Shown piece after piece: positions 1 to 10,206 of a DNA stretch of 64,000 nucleotides. Below the pieces are notes generated by a model that made no database searches, was not told the DNA's origin, and saw only the letters and a program-made list of their open reading frames with translations. The stretch's first letter is position 1. Each line of letters starts with the position of its first letter. The DNA is from Dehalococcoidia bacterium (lineage in GTDB: Bacteria > Chloroflexota > Dehalococcoidia > Lucifugimonadales > UBA3495). Both the position numbers and the translations under genes were made by a program. The DNA lies in NCBI GenBank assembly GCA_030740155.1, contig JASLXV010000067.1, positions 1-64,000 on the forward strand, written 5' to 3'.

Positions 1-390
1 TGGCGGCGCAAGGGTAGTCGGCGTCCTGGAGAGGCTGGCCGAGACGAGGGGACTCCCTGAGGTAATTACTGTCGACAACGGGCCTGAGTTTGCAGGTAGG
101 ACCATGGACGAGTGGGCGTACCGCAAGGGCATCAGGCTGAACTTCATCCGTCCCGGCAAGCCTGTGGAGAATGCCCTTGTCGAGAGCTTCAACGGCAGGC
201 TACGAGACGAGTGTTTGAACACCAACTGGTTCGTGAGCGTGAGGCATGCCAGGGAGATCATCGAGGACTGGCGGGTGGACTACAACGAGGTCAGGCCCCA
301 CAGCTCGTTGAACGGCAGATCGCTGAGGGAGCATGCTGAGGCAGCGGTCGGACTCTACTAACCAGCGATACTAACTTCGGGGGAAGGTCA
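1..390 (+). mobile_element. IS3-family insertion sequence, right end (runs off the window start)
   Basis: Integrase-core ORF followed about 30 bp later by ...TCGGGGGAAGGTCA (ends at 390), which fits an IS3 right inverted repeat ending in CA. Confidence 0.8.
2..361 (+). CDS. IS3-family transposase OrfB, C-terminal DDE part (5'-truncated by window)
   Basis: Frame is open from base 2: ITVDNGPEF, FIRPGKPVENALVESFNGRLRDECLN, W..DYNEVRPHSSL. Confidence 0.93.
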   Translation, partial: GGARVVGVLERLAETRGLPEVITVDNGPEFAGRTMDEWAYRKGIRLNFIRPGKPVENALVESFNGRLRDECLNTNWFVSVRHAREIIEDWRVDYNEVRPHSSLNGRSLREHAEAAVGLY

Positions 391-461
391 CCAGGACCGT
401 CAATCACTCGAAGACGCTGGTTCCGTTTGCTTTGCATGTATGACCGTCGATGTACTCTCAA

Positions 462-497
462 GCCAGTTTTCTTGCCAGTTTTCTTGCCAGTTTTCTT
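462..497. repeat. 12-bp tandem repeat, (GCCAGTTTTCTT)x3
   Basis: Read directly from the sequence. Confidence 0.95.
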
Positions 498-522
498 GGA
501 TGTAGAGACACCCATCGCCCAA

Positions 523-546
523 GTCAGGTGGAGCGACTTGTTATGT
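523..546 (-). other. Truncated attC-like left half (R'' + L'') overlapping the stop codon of the DUF1330 gene
   Basis: Minus strand reads ACATAAC-AAGTCG-CTCCACCTGAC. The stop TAA lies inside the TAAC core, as in integron cassettes. No matching right half was found. Confidence 0.45.
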
Positions 547-969
547 TGCCGTTTTTGATTCAACAAGTGGCAACAAACGCGAATCTTCCAATGCCGCGGT
601 TCGGTGCCCCATGCCAGCCAAATATTCTTGGTGCGAAGAAAATGCCATGAGATCAGACAGAGACTTTTGACGAACAAGCATGACCAAATCCCATCTTTCT
701 TCTTGAGGGCCAATAAGATACTTTCCTCCTTCCCCAAGGAATATAAGGTCGCCACCGCTTTCCCTGAGAAATGGCAACGTATGGTCTATGTATTCTTGAT
801 ATGCTCCTCGTCCAGATATGGGCTTGCTGGGCTCAAGTTCAGGATTGGCCGAATAATCAGCTATATCGCGGAAACGCAGCAGATTCAGCATGGCAACTTC
901 ACCTGCAATGTTCCGAGCGAGGAGGGCTGCCCCTGCCTTTTGTGTAACTTCTAAAAAGCGCTCTGACAT
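541..969 (-). CDS. DUF1330-family protein
   Basis: MLNLLRFR..A.Y, SGRGAYQEY, LIGPQEERWDLVMLV, HRTAALEDSRLLP. AT-richer than the flanking genes. Confidence 0.8.
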   Translation of the reverse strand: MSERFLEVTQKAGAALLARNIAGEVAMLNLLRFRDIADYSANPELEPSKPISGRGAYQEYIDHTLPFLRESGGDLIFLGEGGKYLIGPQEERWDLVMLVRQKSLSDLMAFSSHQEYLAGMGHRTAALEDSRLLPLVESKTAT

Positions 970-1117
970 ATGATCGTCTCCGTTTTCCGACTCTGCGAAC
1001 TAAACAATTTATCCGAGCCCTCTCCGCTTGCGGGGCACCTTGAATAGTGGTGGTTGTCTGCGTCTGCGCACCTTCAGTGCCTCAACCTTGCGTATCCGTT
1101 CCCGCGAGAATGGCCGC

Positions 1118-1633
1118 TCAGCCCTGGGCGGCGCCGGAGCGCAGCAGCCCTTTCAAGTAGGAGATATGCCCCTGGTGCTGGAAAAGTTCCCCCACCACCT
1201 GGCGGAACACCGCGCCCACCGACATTTCCGGCCGGCGCTCCCTCGGTACCCGGCCGTAATCCTCCGGTCCGAGGGAACCCAGGTACTCCAGGGTGCCGCC
1301 GCGAACCGCTTCCCCGTACTCGTTCAGGTCGGGCAGGTCGAGAAGAGGGAACTGGGCCACCTGCTCCGGCGTGTGGCCGAAACCGACGTCCCGGGTTGGC
1401 AGCCCGAACTTGAGATGCCAGCCGTCCCGCTCCCAGATCTCCGGCCGTTCCTGAATGAAGAACTGCATCCACATGTCCTCCACGCGGATCATATGCCAGA
1501 GTATCCAGCCGATGGGGTTGGCCTCGGGCCCGGCCTGCCAGGCAAGCTCCTCCGGGGTCAGGTCTTGTATCGCTTCCATCAGGAACTCGTGCTCTTTACC
1601 CAAAGATTCTTCAATGAACTCGTTCAAGGTCAT
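1118..1633 (-). CDS. DinB-family (DinB_2) protein
   Basis: ANPIGWILWHMIRVED and E..QHQGHISYLKG metal-binding His motifs. ATG follows a GGAG..GAG RBS. Confidence 0.85.
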   Translation of the reverse strand: MTLNEFIEESLGKEHEFLMEAIQDLTPEELAWQAGPEANPIGWILWHMIRVEDMWMQFFIQERPEIWERDGWHLKFGLPTRDVGFGHTPEQVAQFPLLDLPDLNEYGEAVRGGTLEYLGSLGPEDYGRVPRERRPEMSVGAVFRQVVGELFQHQGHISYLKGLLRSGAAQG

Positions 1634-2030
1634 CTCACCGCTCCTCTTACATTTTTCCCCTTGGTACCGCAACGCGCGGGTGGCCCTTCAACTGATCTCG
1701 GCCATCGGAGGTATCTCGAAATCTACCCGCGAACCTCTTTTGAGAAACCGCCGTTCAGGAAGGAGTCAGCGTGACCGATGGGCTTCCAGTGTACCAATCA
1801 CGTTACACTTTTCCCACCCAAGGAGTTGCCATGGGTATGTGAAGCCGAGTCTCCCCGGCGCCGAGGCCCCCGAGCGCAGCCCGCTTTCTTTCCATACAAG
1901 TAAACCATCAAAGTGAGCCGGCCAAGAGAACCGGTCCAGGTGCTTAGGTTCCGTGTTAAACTTCTCCCAAAACACCGGCAGCTCGGGCGCCACCCAAGGG
2001 GCTGCCCCCTGTTCACAAGGAGCGCAACCG

Positions 2031-3116
2031 ATGGCCAACACCCTGATAACTCCTGAAGTCCGGGCCCTCATCGGCACCGATACTCCGCCGGAGCGCAACC
2101 GGTTCCCCATCAGCGAAGAGATGGCTTACGACGTGGCCGACGCGATAGAGGACGCGAACCCCCTATACGTGGATCGGGACCACGCCGAGCGCAGCCGGTT
2201 CGGCGGCCTGCTCTGTCCGCCCCTGGCCACCTGGAAAGACATCACACCTCCCATCGGCTACTTTGGCGCCGGGCAAGAGTCTCACTTTCAGGTGCCCTTG
2301 CCTTTCAATAGCTACGGCCTCAACGGAGGCATGGACTGGCAGTTTCTGCGGCCGGCCTACGTGGGCACCTGGCTAACCCGCCGGTTCCGAATCCTCGACA
2401 TCTACGAGAAGCAGGGACGCTCTGGCTCCCTGGTCTTCGTGGTGCGGCAGGAGACCGAAACCGACCAGGAAGGACGCACCGTTGGCGTGGCGAAACGGGT
2501 AAGCATCCACCAGTCCCTTTCCGCCAGAGATGAGACCCACCAGGCGACCAGCAGCCGTACAGCGGCCGCTTCCCAACTGCCCCTGCAAACGGTGGTGATT
2601 TCACCGCCCGGTCCGGGCGCTGTTCTCCCTCGGCCCGAGGCCTCATCGGCGCCGCAGCGGTATTTCGAGGACGCTGCCGTAGGGATGGACGTGCCGCCGG
2701 TAGTCAAGGGGCCGATGACCACCACTCATCTAGTTCGCTGGGCGGCGGCCAACGGCAACTACGCCCGCATCCATTGGGACCTCCCCTTCGCTCAACTGCG
2801 CCAAGGCCTGTCCAACGTGGTGGTCAACGGGTCGCTGAAGAACCAGTATCTGGGCCAGTTGCTCGTCGACTTCGCCGGGGAGGAGGGCTGGTTCAAACGC
2901 TTCTACGTGGAGCATCGAGGGATGGACTATCCCGGCGACGTGCTGACCGCCTTCGGGACCGTCACCGGGAAGCGGGAGCAGGGCGGTTTCGGCTACGTCG
3001 ATTGTCAGGTAGGCCTCCGCAGCAGCCGCGGCGAGCAAACGGCATCTGGCTGGGCCACTGTGGTGCTGCCGAAGCGAGGTCAAAGCCTTCCCCTGGTCTG
3101 GGAGGCCGAAGCGTAA
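2031..3116 (+). CDS. Double hot-dog (FAS1-like + MaoC) acyl-CoA dehydratase-like protein
   Basis: N-domain AIEDANPLY..A..SRFGGLLCPP and IYEKQGRSGSLVFV; C-domain W.AANGNYARIHWD and PGDVLTAFGTVTGK. Confidence 0.85.
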   Translation: MANTLITPEVRALIGTDTPPERNRFPISEEMAYDVADAIEDANPLYVDRDHAERSRFGGLLCPPLATWKDITPPIGYFGAGQESHFQVPLPFNSYGLNGGMDWQFLRPAYVGTWLTRRFRILDIYEKQGRSGSLVFVVRQETETDQEGRTVGVAKRVSIHQSLSARDETHQATSSRTAAASQLPLQTVVISPPGPGAVLPRPEASSAPQRYFEDAAVGMDVPPVVKGPMTTTHLVRWAAANGNYARIHWDLPFAQLRQGLSNVVVNGSLKNQYLGQLLVDFAGEEGWFKRFYVEHRGMDYPGDVLTAFGTVTGKREQGGFGYVDCQVGLRSSRGEQTASGWATVVLPKRGQSLPLVWEAEA

Positions 3117-4312
3117 TGCCCGATGGGTTACTGGCGGGCGTACGAGTCCTGGACCTGGGCAGCCACATCGCCGGGCCTTTCTGCGCCAAGCTGCTGGCCG
3201 ACTATGGGGCCGATGTCATCAAGGTAGAGCCACCGGCCGCCGGCGACGTGGCCCGCCGGGCCGGGCCATTCGTGGGCGATGACCCTCACCCGGAGAAGAG
3301 CGTCCCGTTTCTCTACAATAACACCAACAAGCGTGGCGTTACCCTGGACTTCGGCTCCGCGACGGGCCGGGGCATCCTCAACTCGCTGCTACAGAGCGCG
3401 GACGTCCTGGTGGAGAGTTTCTCCCCGGCGGAGGCCGAGGCCCTGAGCTTGGGCTACCCGGATCTGGAAAGGGTCAACCCTGCCCTGGTGGCTACCTCCA
3501 TAACGCCTTTTGGACAGACCGGGCCGTACCGGGACCTGGCGTCGACGGACATCGTGACCTGCGCCCTCAGCGGCCTCATGTACCACTCGGGAGATTCGGA
3601 CCGGGAGCCGCTCCACAACGCCCTCGACCAGTCCCTCTACGTGGCCGGGGCCAACGCGGCGGCGGCCACGCTGGTGGCCCTCTTCCAACGCCTTACCACT
3701 GGCAGCGGCCAGCAGGTTGACGTATCGGTGGCGGAGTGCCTGGCTGCTCATCTGGTGCAGGCGGTGCCCTACTACACCTATCTGGGCGCCATCAAGGGCC
3801 GCCGCCAGGTCAGGGGATCCGGTTTCGAGGAGTTGGTGCCGGCCCGCGACGGGTATGCGGTGCCCTCGGTCCAGGGCTCCCAACCGTGGTCCGTGGTGGC
3901 CGATCTGATCGGCCTGGAGGAGCTGCACGACGAGCGGTTCGCCACCGGGGCGGGCCGCATCGAACATGGCGAAGAGCTGAAGCAGTTGCTGATCAAGGGC
4001 CTGGCCAATTGGGACCGCAAGCCGCTCTTCCAGGCTTCCGGGGAGCGGCGTCTGGTCTTCGGCATGGCCCAGGACGCCGGAGACCTGTTCCATTGCCCCC
4101 ACCTACGGGAACGGGGCTTCTTCGTGGAGTCCGAACACCCGGTAGCGGGCCGCGCCGAGTATCCGGGCATGGCCCCAAAACTTTCGGAAGGGGACTTTCA
4201 GATTCGGATGCCGGCCCCCCTCCTGGGGCAGCATAACGCCGAAGTATATTGCGAAGAGCTGGGCTACACACCCGGGGACCTGGTGAGTCTTCGGGCCCTG
4301 GGGGTGATCTAG
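3116..4312 (+). CDS. CaiB/BaiF family III CoA-transferase (subunit 1)
   Basis: LAGVRVLDL..IAGPFCAKLLADYGADVIKVEPP, NTNKRGVTLD, APLLGQHN. Start overlaps the upstream stop (TAATG). Confidence 0.93.
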   Translation: MPDGLLAGVRVLDLGSHIAGPFCAKLLADYGADVIKVEPPAAGDVARRAGPFVGDDPHPEKSVPFLYNNTNKRGVTLDFGSATGRGILNSLLQSADVLVESFSPAEAEALSLGYPDLERVNPALVATSITPFGQTGPYRDLASTDIVTCALSGLMYHSGDSDREPLHNALDQSLYVAGANAAAATLVALFQRLTTGSGQQVDVSVAECLAAHLVQAVPYYTYLGAIKGRRQVRGSGFEELVPARDGYAVPSVQGSQPWSVVADLIGLEELHDERFATGAGRIEHGEELKQLLIKGLANWDRKPLFQASGERRLVFGMAQDAGDLFHCPHLRERGFFVESEHPVAGRAEYPGMAPKLSEGDFQIRMPAPLLGQHNAEVYCEELGYTPGDLVSLRALGVI

Positions 4313-4316
4313 CCGT

Positions 4317-5693
4317 ATGCCTGCTCTACCCCTACACGGAATCCGCGTGCTGGACTTGAGCCGGGTCTTCGCCATGCCCTACGCCGGCGCCTACCTGGCC
4401 GACCTGGGCGCCGAGGTCATCAAGGTGGACACCCACCACTCTCAGTTCATGGAATCGACGCGGCAAGCCACCGGCCCCTTTCCCGGCAATGACCCCGGCG
4501 AACTGTATTTCGAGCGGGGCGGCACCTTTCAGACCCTCAACCGCGGCAAGCGCAGCCTGACGCTTGACCTGCGTTCCGAGTCGGCGAGGGCCGTCGTAAA
4601 GGAGTTGGTTGCCGTTTGCGACGTGGTGTTGGAGAACTTTACCCCCCGGGTGATGGCCCGGTTTGAGCTTGACTATCCCAACCTCAGGGCCCACAAACCG
4701 GACCTGATAATGGTCTCCAACACGGGGTACGGCCACAGCGGGCCCTGGACCAACTACGGGGCCATGGCCTCGGCGCTGGAGCCAACCCACGGCACCGGCG
4801 CCTTCATGGGGTATCTGGAAGCCGATGCCGAAGGGCGCCGGGTCGCCGGGCATCTGCCGAACAAGATGGGCAACTCATACACCGATTTCCTGGCGACCTG
4901 GACGGCGCTGGGCGCGGTGATGGCCTGCCTCCTGCACCGGGCCCGCACCGGCCGGGGGATGTGGGTCGATCTGGCCATGTACCAGGTGGGGGTATCCTTC
5001 GTGGGCGAAGGACTGCTGGATTTCGCTTTCAACGGACGGCGGACCCGGCGGTTGGGGAACCGCCACCAGACCATGTGCCCCCACGGTTGCTACCCCTGCG
5101 AGGGCGCCGACAGTTGGGTAACGCTGGCGGTGCGGGATGACGCGGACTGGAGCGCACTCTGCCGGGTTTTGGACCAGAGCGGGATTCATCTGGCCGATGA
5201 CCCGCGCTTCTCCGATCCGTTGACTCGCCGCCGGCACCAGGACGAGTTGGACGACATCATCGCCGGGTGGACATCCACTCAGGGACAGTACCCCTTGATG
5301 GACCGGCTTCAGGCCGTGGGCGTGCCGGCCGGTCCGGTCCTTAACGCTCGTCAACTGCTGGCCGACCCCCAGTTCCACGAAAGAGGCTTTTTCGAGAGCG
5401 TTCAGCATTCCCGGGAAACCGGGCTGGGCCGGCGGGAATACATCGGCCGGGGCTGGAAATTGTCGGAGAACAACCTGTGCATTCGAGGGCCGGCTCCCCG
5501 CATGGGAGAGGCCAACAGCTACGTTCTACACGAGGTTTTGGGCCGCACCGAGAGTGACATCTCGGAGCTGCACCGGGAAGGGGTTACGGGAGAAAGTCCG
5601 GTGGGCGGCGGGCCACCGTCGGCCGTACCGCTGGAGCGCCAGGTCGAACTCGGCTGGATCGTGGAGCGTGATGAGGGTTTCCTGCCGCGGTGA
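4317..5693 (+). CDS. CaiB/BaiF family III CoA-transferase (subunit 2)
   Basis: PLHGIRVLDLS, LADLGAEVIKVD, NRGKRSLTLDL, ENFTPRVM, catalytic Asp in SYTDF. Confidence 0.93.
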   Translation: MPALPLHGIRVLDLSRVFAMPYAGAYLADLGAEVIKVDTHHSQFMESTRQATGPFPGNDPGELYFERGGTFQTLNRGKRSLTLDLRSESARAVVKELVAVCDVVLENFTPRVMARFELDYPNLRAHKPDLIMVSNTGYGHSGPWTNYGAMASALEPTHGTGAFMGYLEADAEGRRVAGHLPNKMGNSYTDFLATWTALGAVMACLLHRARTGRGMWVDLAMYQVGVSFVGEGLLDFAFNGRRTRRLGNRHQTMCPHGCYPCEGADSWVTLAVRDDADWSALCRVLDQSGIHLADDPRFSDPLTRRRHQDELDDIIAGWTSTQGQYPLMDRLQAVGVPAGPVLNARQLLADPQFHERGFFESVQHSRETGLGRREYIGRGWKLSENNLCIRGPAPRMGEANSYVLHEVLGRTESDISELHREGVTGESPVGGGPPSAVPLERQVELGWIVERDEGFLPR

Positions 5694-5786
5694 GCTGATA
5701 GCCCCGGCGGCTTTTGGGTGCGTGGAATGATGGAGATTTTCGACGGATAGCGGCGGTAGACTGGGTGGAACCGGCCTCGCAATTGC

Positions 5787-5816
5787 TTGACACTAATGCG
5801 AGACGTTATCTATAAT
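5787..5816 (+). promoter_or_regulatory. Sigma70 promoter of pyrG
   Basis: TTGACA-18 nt-TATAAT, both hexamers consensus. Confidence 0.8.
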
Positions 5817-5950
5817 AGGGTTTGGTGTACCTACAAGTGTCCACGTCTTTTTTGGTGCGCCTCCCTTCTCGACCAACCAACTCTTCGCCGTAATCATTTG
5901 TGTTGGGCTTGCAGAGGCGCCTCCCCGATATGTTGCTCTAGCGTAGGAGC

Positions 5951-7594
5951 ATGCCCACTAAGTTTATTTTCGTCACCGGGGGAGTGGTCAGTTCAATCGG
6001 CAAGGGGATATGCGTCGCCTCCATCGGACGCATCCTGAAAAGCCGCGGGTTATCCGTCTCCGTAATGAAGCTGGACCCGTACTTGAATGTTGACCCTGGC
6101 ACCATGTCCCCGTACCAGCATGGTGAGGTCTTCGTCACTCATGACGGCGGAGAGACTGACCTTGACCTGGGCCACTACGAGCGGTTCATCGACATAGAAC
6201 TCACCCGTTCCTCCAACCTTACCGCTGGGCAAGTGTATCTGAGTCTCATCGCCAAGGAGCGGAAGGGCGATTATCTGGGCGGCACCATACAGACGGTCCC
6301 GCACGTCACCAGTGAAATCAAGGTAAAGATCATCGCTCTGGCCGAAGAGACCCAGGTCGACGTGGTCGTGGTGGAAGTAGGGGGAACCGTAGGCGACATT
6401 GAAGGGTTGCCCTTCTTGGAAGCTATACGGCAGATACGGAATGATGTGGGTAGGAACAACGTATTCTACGTTCACGTCACCTTGCTTCCTTACCTGGCGG
6501 CGGCCAAGGAACTAAAGACCAAGCCCACCCAGCACAGCGTGAAAGAGTTGAGGAGTATCGGCATTCAGCCCGACGCCATCATCTGCCGGAGCGACTATCC
6601 GGTGCCGGATTCGATTCGGGACAAGATCTCGTCCTTTTGTGATGTACCCGGCAACGCGGTGATACCTTTGACCACCGTGGACAACGTTTACGAGGTCCCC
6701 CTGATTCTCGAAGAAGCAGGCCTTGGCGAAATCCTCCTGAGGGAGTTGGAGATCTCGGCACTTCCCCGGGACATGGCAGACTGGGCGGCCATGGTAGACC
6801 GGATGAAGGGTTTGACTGAAACGGTGACCATCGCCCTGGTCGGCAAGTACGTGGAGTATCCCGACTCTTACATCTCCGTCAAGGAGGCCCTCCGGCACGC
6901 CGGACTGGCCCACGGACGAGAGGTGGAGATTCAATGGGTCCATTCCGAGGACATAGAACGGTTGGGGCCGGAGAGTCTGCTGTCGTCCGCTTGCGGCATC
7001 GTCGTACCCGGCGGCTTCGGCCCTCGTGGAGTGGAGGGCATGGTGGAGACGGTCCGGTACGCTCGGGAGCATCAGGTGCCCTATTTGGGCCTTTGCCTGG
7101 GTCTTCAGGTAATGGTCATTGAGTGGGCCCGCAATGTTCTGGGCTTGGCTGGCGCCAACTCCTCTGAGTTGGACCCCGACACTCCCCACCCGGTGATCCA
7201 CATCATGGAGTCGCAGCGAGCGGTGACCTCAATGGGCGGCACCATGCGGCTTGGCGCCTATCCGTGCCTTCCTCAAGAGGACACTTGGACCATGGCCGCC
7301 TATAAGACCCATCAGGTCACCGAGCGCCACCGGCATCGTTTCGAGTTGAACAACACCTACCGGGAGGTGTTGCAGAACTCTGGATTGGTAGTCGGCGGCA
7401 TCTCCCCCGATGGCAATTTGGTTGAGACCGGGGAGGTCAGCGGCCACCCGTTCATGGTTGGCGTCCAGTTTCATCCGGAGTTCCTCTCCCGGCCCACTCG
7501 GCCGCATCCGCTGTTTGCCGAATTCGTGGGCGCTGCCGGAAAGACCATCCGGGAAGGGGGGCAACGGCCGTTACCCCTGGACAGCGGGAACTGA
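5951..7594 (+). CDS. pyrG: CTP synthase
   Basis: KFIFVTGGVVSSIGKGI, DPYLNVDPGTMSPYQHGEVF, GLCLG, QFHPEF. Confidence 0.99.
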   Translation: MPTKFIFVTGGVVSSIGKGICVASIGRILKSRGLSVSVMKLDPYLNVDPGTMSPYQHGEVFVTHDGGETDLDLGHYERFIDIELTRSSNLTAGQVYLSLIAKERKGDYLGGTIQTVPHVTSEIKVKIIALAEETQVDVVVVEVGGTVGDIEGLPFLEAIRQIRNDVGRNNVFYVHVTLLPYLAAAKELKTKPTQHSVKELRSIGIQPDAIICRSDYPVPDSIRDKISSFCDVPGNAVIPLTTVDNVYEVPLILEEAGLGEILLRELEISALPRDMADWAAMVDRMKGLTETVTIALVGKYVEYPDSYISVKEALRHAGLAHGREVEIQWVHSEDIERLGPESLLSSACGIVVPGGFGPRGVEGMVETVRYAREHQVPYLGLCLGLQVMVIEWARNVLGLAGANSSELDPDTPHPVIHIMESQRAVTSMGGTMRLGAYPCLPQEDTWTMAAYKTHQVTERHRHRFELNNTYREVLQNSGLVVGGISPDGNLVETGEVSGHPFMVGVQFHPEFLSRPTRPHPLFAEFVGAAGKTIREGGQRPLPLDSGN

Positions 7595-7779
7595 GCGGAG
7601 GGCGGGGTCAAAGGAATCATCGATGAATTCGGGGCTCTTGGATTCTGCGCGTAGGTTAACCACGAGGTACGGCCCGGTAACCACCGGATGGGAGTACCGG
7701 GGTAGCCCCGGTAACTCCGGCTCCCGGTCGCAGGCCCGCCGCGGTTTTAGGCGAAACTTTCTGGCGGCATGGTAACGAC

Positions 7780-8439
7780 GTGAGACTATTTCTGGATACA
7801 GCAAACATTCAGGAGATTCGGGATGGCGCCCGGCTCGGGGTGATCAGCGGCGTGACCACTAACCCTTCTCTGGCGGCTAGTGAGGGCATAGGAGACCGGG
7901 AAAGCTACAAAGACGCCGTCCGGGTAATCGCCGGCATCGTGGATGGCCCCATCTCAGTGGAGGTGGTCAGCCAGGACGCTGCGGGAATGGTGGCCGAGGG
8001 GAGGGAGATCGCCGGATGGATACGCCAGGCGTGGGTGAAGATACCAAGCACGGCTGCCGGGTTCGAGGCCATATCCATTTTGGCCCGTGAGGACATCAAG
8101 ATCAACCAGACCCTGTGCTTTTCGATCAACCAGGCCTTGCTGGGCGCCCAAGCGGGATCGACGGCGGTCAGCCCCTTCGTGGGACGGCTGGATGACATAG
8201 GTCACCGGGGGATGGACCTGGTGGAAGAGATAGTCCGCATCTACCAGAAATACGGCATAAAGACCCAGGTGTTGGCGGCCTCGATCCGGCACGCCCTTCA
8301 CTGCCACCTGGCGGCCCAGGCCGGAGCGCACATCGCGACCATCCCCTACAAGATCCTTCTGCAAATGGTCCAGCATCCTCTCACGGATGCAGGCCTGGCC
8401 CGATTCCAGGCTGACTGGGAAAAGGCCGGTAGTTCCTGA
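7780..8439 (+). CDS. Transaldolase / fructose-6-phosphate aldolase family protein
   Basis: LFLDTAN, GVTTNPSL, VKIP, SPFVGRLDD, LAASIRH, HPLTD.GL. Confidence 0.95.
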   Translation: MRLFLDTANIQEIRDGARLGVISGVTTNPSLAASEGIGDRESYKDAVRVIAGIVDGPISVEVVSQDAAGMVAEGREIAGWIRQAWVKIPSTAAGFEAISILAREDIKINQTLCFSINQALLGAQAGSTAVSPFVGRLDDIGHRGMDLVEEIVRIYQKYGIKTQVLAASIRHALHCHLAAQAGAHIATIPYKILLQMVQHPLTDAGLARFQADWEKAGSS

Positions 8440-8631
8440 GTTGGATAAAGGTGACCGACCCCCTCTGGTAATGAAATACACGATTTCTCTTCATAGTTTC
8501 CACATTAAATAGCATCGGACTACACCGGCGGCCTGAACCTTCTGTCGCTATTCCACCGCGAGAGGAGGTAACCCAGCCTCCTTCAGGCGCGACGCCAGGT
8601 GATTGATTTCCGAGATCACGACGAGGTGAGC

Positions 8632-9921
8632 ATGGCGACGACACAACGAGTTTTGGAAGTGGCAGAGTTGGGGGCCAAGAGCAAGGATGAACTCCTCGCC
8701 CTGGCCGAGGACATGGGGCTGGCCGAGGCCGCGGCCCTGGTGAACTCACGCCGCGAAGAAGTGCTCATCCGGCTGTTCCAGTTTGCCTCCGCCCAACAGG
8801 CCCTGATCGCCTCTGGCATCTTGGAGATCATGGACGAAGGCTACGGCTTTCTCCGTCAGATCGCCACACCGGGCACCGCCGGCGACGTGTACATCTCTCA
8901 GTCTCAGATCCGCCGTTTTGGCTTGCGGACCGGCGACACTGTCACGGGTCAGGTGCGCCCCCCCAAGGAAGGAGAACGGTATTTCGGCCTGGTTCGAGTG
9001 GAAAAGATCAACAGTGTGGACCCCGAACAGGTCAATAGCCGGTACCGGGCCCAGTTCGAACTGATGACCCCGATCTTCCCGGAAACGCAGGTGATTCTGG
9101 AGACCGATTCCAGCAACCTGTCCACCCGGATGATCGACCTGTTCGCTCCCATCGGCATGGGACAGCGCGGCCTCATCGTCTCTCCCCCCAAAGCCGGCAA
9201 GACCACCATACTCAAACAGATCGCCCATGGCGTCACGGTTAACGCCCCGGAACTGCTGCTCATGGTCGCTCTGATCGGCGAACGGCCGGAAGAGGTTACC
9301 GACATGCGCCGGGCGGTGACTGGAGAGGTATTCGCCTCCACCTTCGACGACTCGGTGGAAGAGCAATGCCGTGTGGCGGAACTGGCCCTGGAACGGGCCA
9401 AGCGTCAGGTTGAGTTCGGACGGGATGTGGTGATATTGCTGGACAGCATCACCCGGCTCACCCGGGCCTACAACCTGGCAGTTCCTTCCAGCGGCCGCAC
9501 CCTCTCCGGGGGCATCGATCCGGTGGCCCTCTATCCGCCCAAGAAGTTCTTCGGCGCCGCCCGCAATATCGAAGAAGGTGGGAGTTTGACCATCATCGCC
9601 ACCTGTCTGGTGGACACCGGCAGCCGGATGGACGAGGTTATCTACGAGGAGTTCAAGGGCACCGGAAACATGGAGCTTCACCTGGACCGCCGGCTGGCGG
9701 AGCGGCGCTACTTCCCCGCCATCGATATAGTTCGCAGTGGCACGCGCCGGGAGGAGTTGCTGTTCAGCGAGGAGACCTTGAAGCAGATCTGGCTGCTGCG
9801 CCGGATGATCAGCCTCATCTCAAACGATGGGTCGGCCACCGCCACCGAGCGGGTCTTGGAGCGCCTGTCTAAATCGGGTAACAACCAAGAGTTCCTTTCC
9901 AACTTGAACAAAGAATCCTGA
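8632..9921 (+). CDS. rho: Transcription termination factor Rho
   Basis: [49 protein letters not shown]. Confidence 0.99.
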   Translation: MATTQRVLEVAELGAKSKDELLALAEDMGLAEAAALVNSRREEVLIRLFQFASAQQALIASGILEIMDEGYGFLRQIATPGTAGDVYISQSQIRRFGLRTGDTVTGQVRPPKEGERYFGLVRVEKINSVDPEQVNSRYRAQFELMTPIFPETQVILETDSSNLSTRMIDLFAPIGMGQRGLIVSPPKAGKTTILKQIAHGVTVNAPELLLMVALIGERPEEVTDMRRAVTGEVFASTFDDSVEEQCRVAELALERAKRQVEFGRDVVILLDSITRLTRAYNLAVPSSGRTLSGGIDPVALYPPKKFFGAARNIEEGGSLTIIATCLVDTGSRMDEVIYEEFKGTGNMELHLDRRLAERRYFPAIDIVRSGTRREELLFSEETLKQIWLLRRMISLISNDGSATATERVLERLSKSGNNQEFLSNLNKES

Positions 9922-10206
9922 GGATGCCTCGGTGTGAATTTAGACGGGAGCAAGGGGAACGATCGTTTAGATAAACCCCCGCCGGAATCTGGGGCCGGTG
10001 CCGGCCGCCGGCGGCCCTCACTCAGGTAGCCGATCCGGGTGAGCCTGGCCGATGAGACCTGGTACGCCGGTCCGGAAATCCCGCTGCCGGTTTCCGGAAC
10101 TGCCGCCACGTCCCGCCCGGGAGTGAGTCACGACTCCGGCCCCACTCTCCTGCTGGTGAGATAGTTCCGGCATCCAGACGCACTATCCCAACTTCTGGTG
10201 GCTTGA

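Noticed and set aside
5817..5950. Bacillus-type pyrG reiterative-transcription attenuator
   Set aside because: The GGG run is too close to the -10 to be the start site, and no convincing terminator hairpin precedes the T-run.
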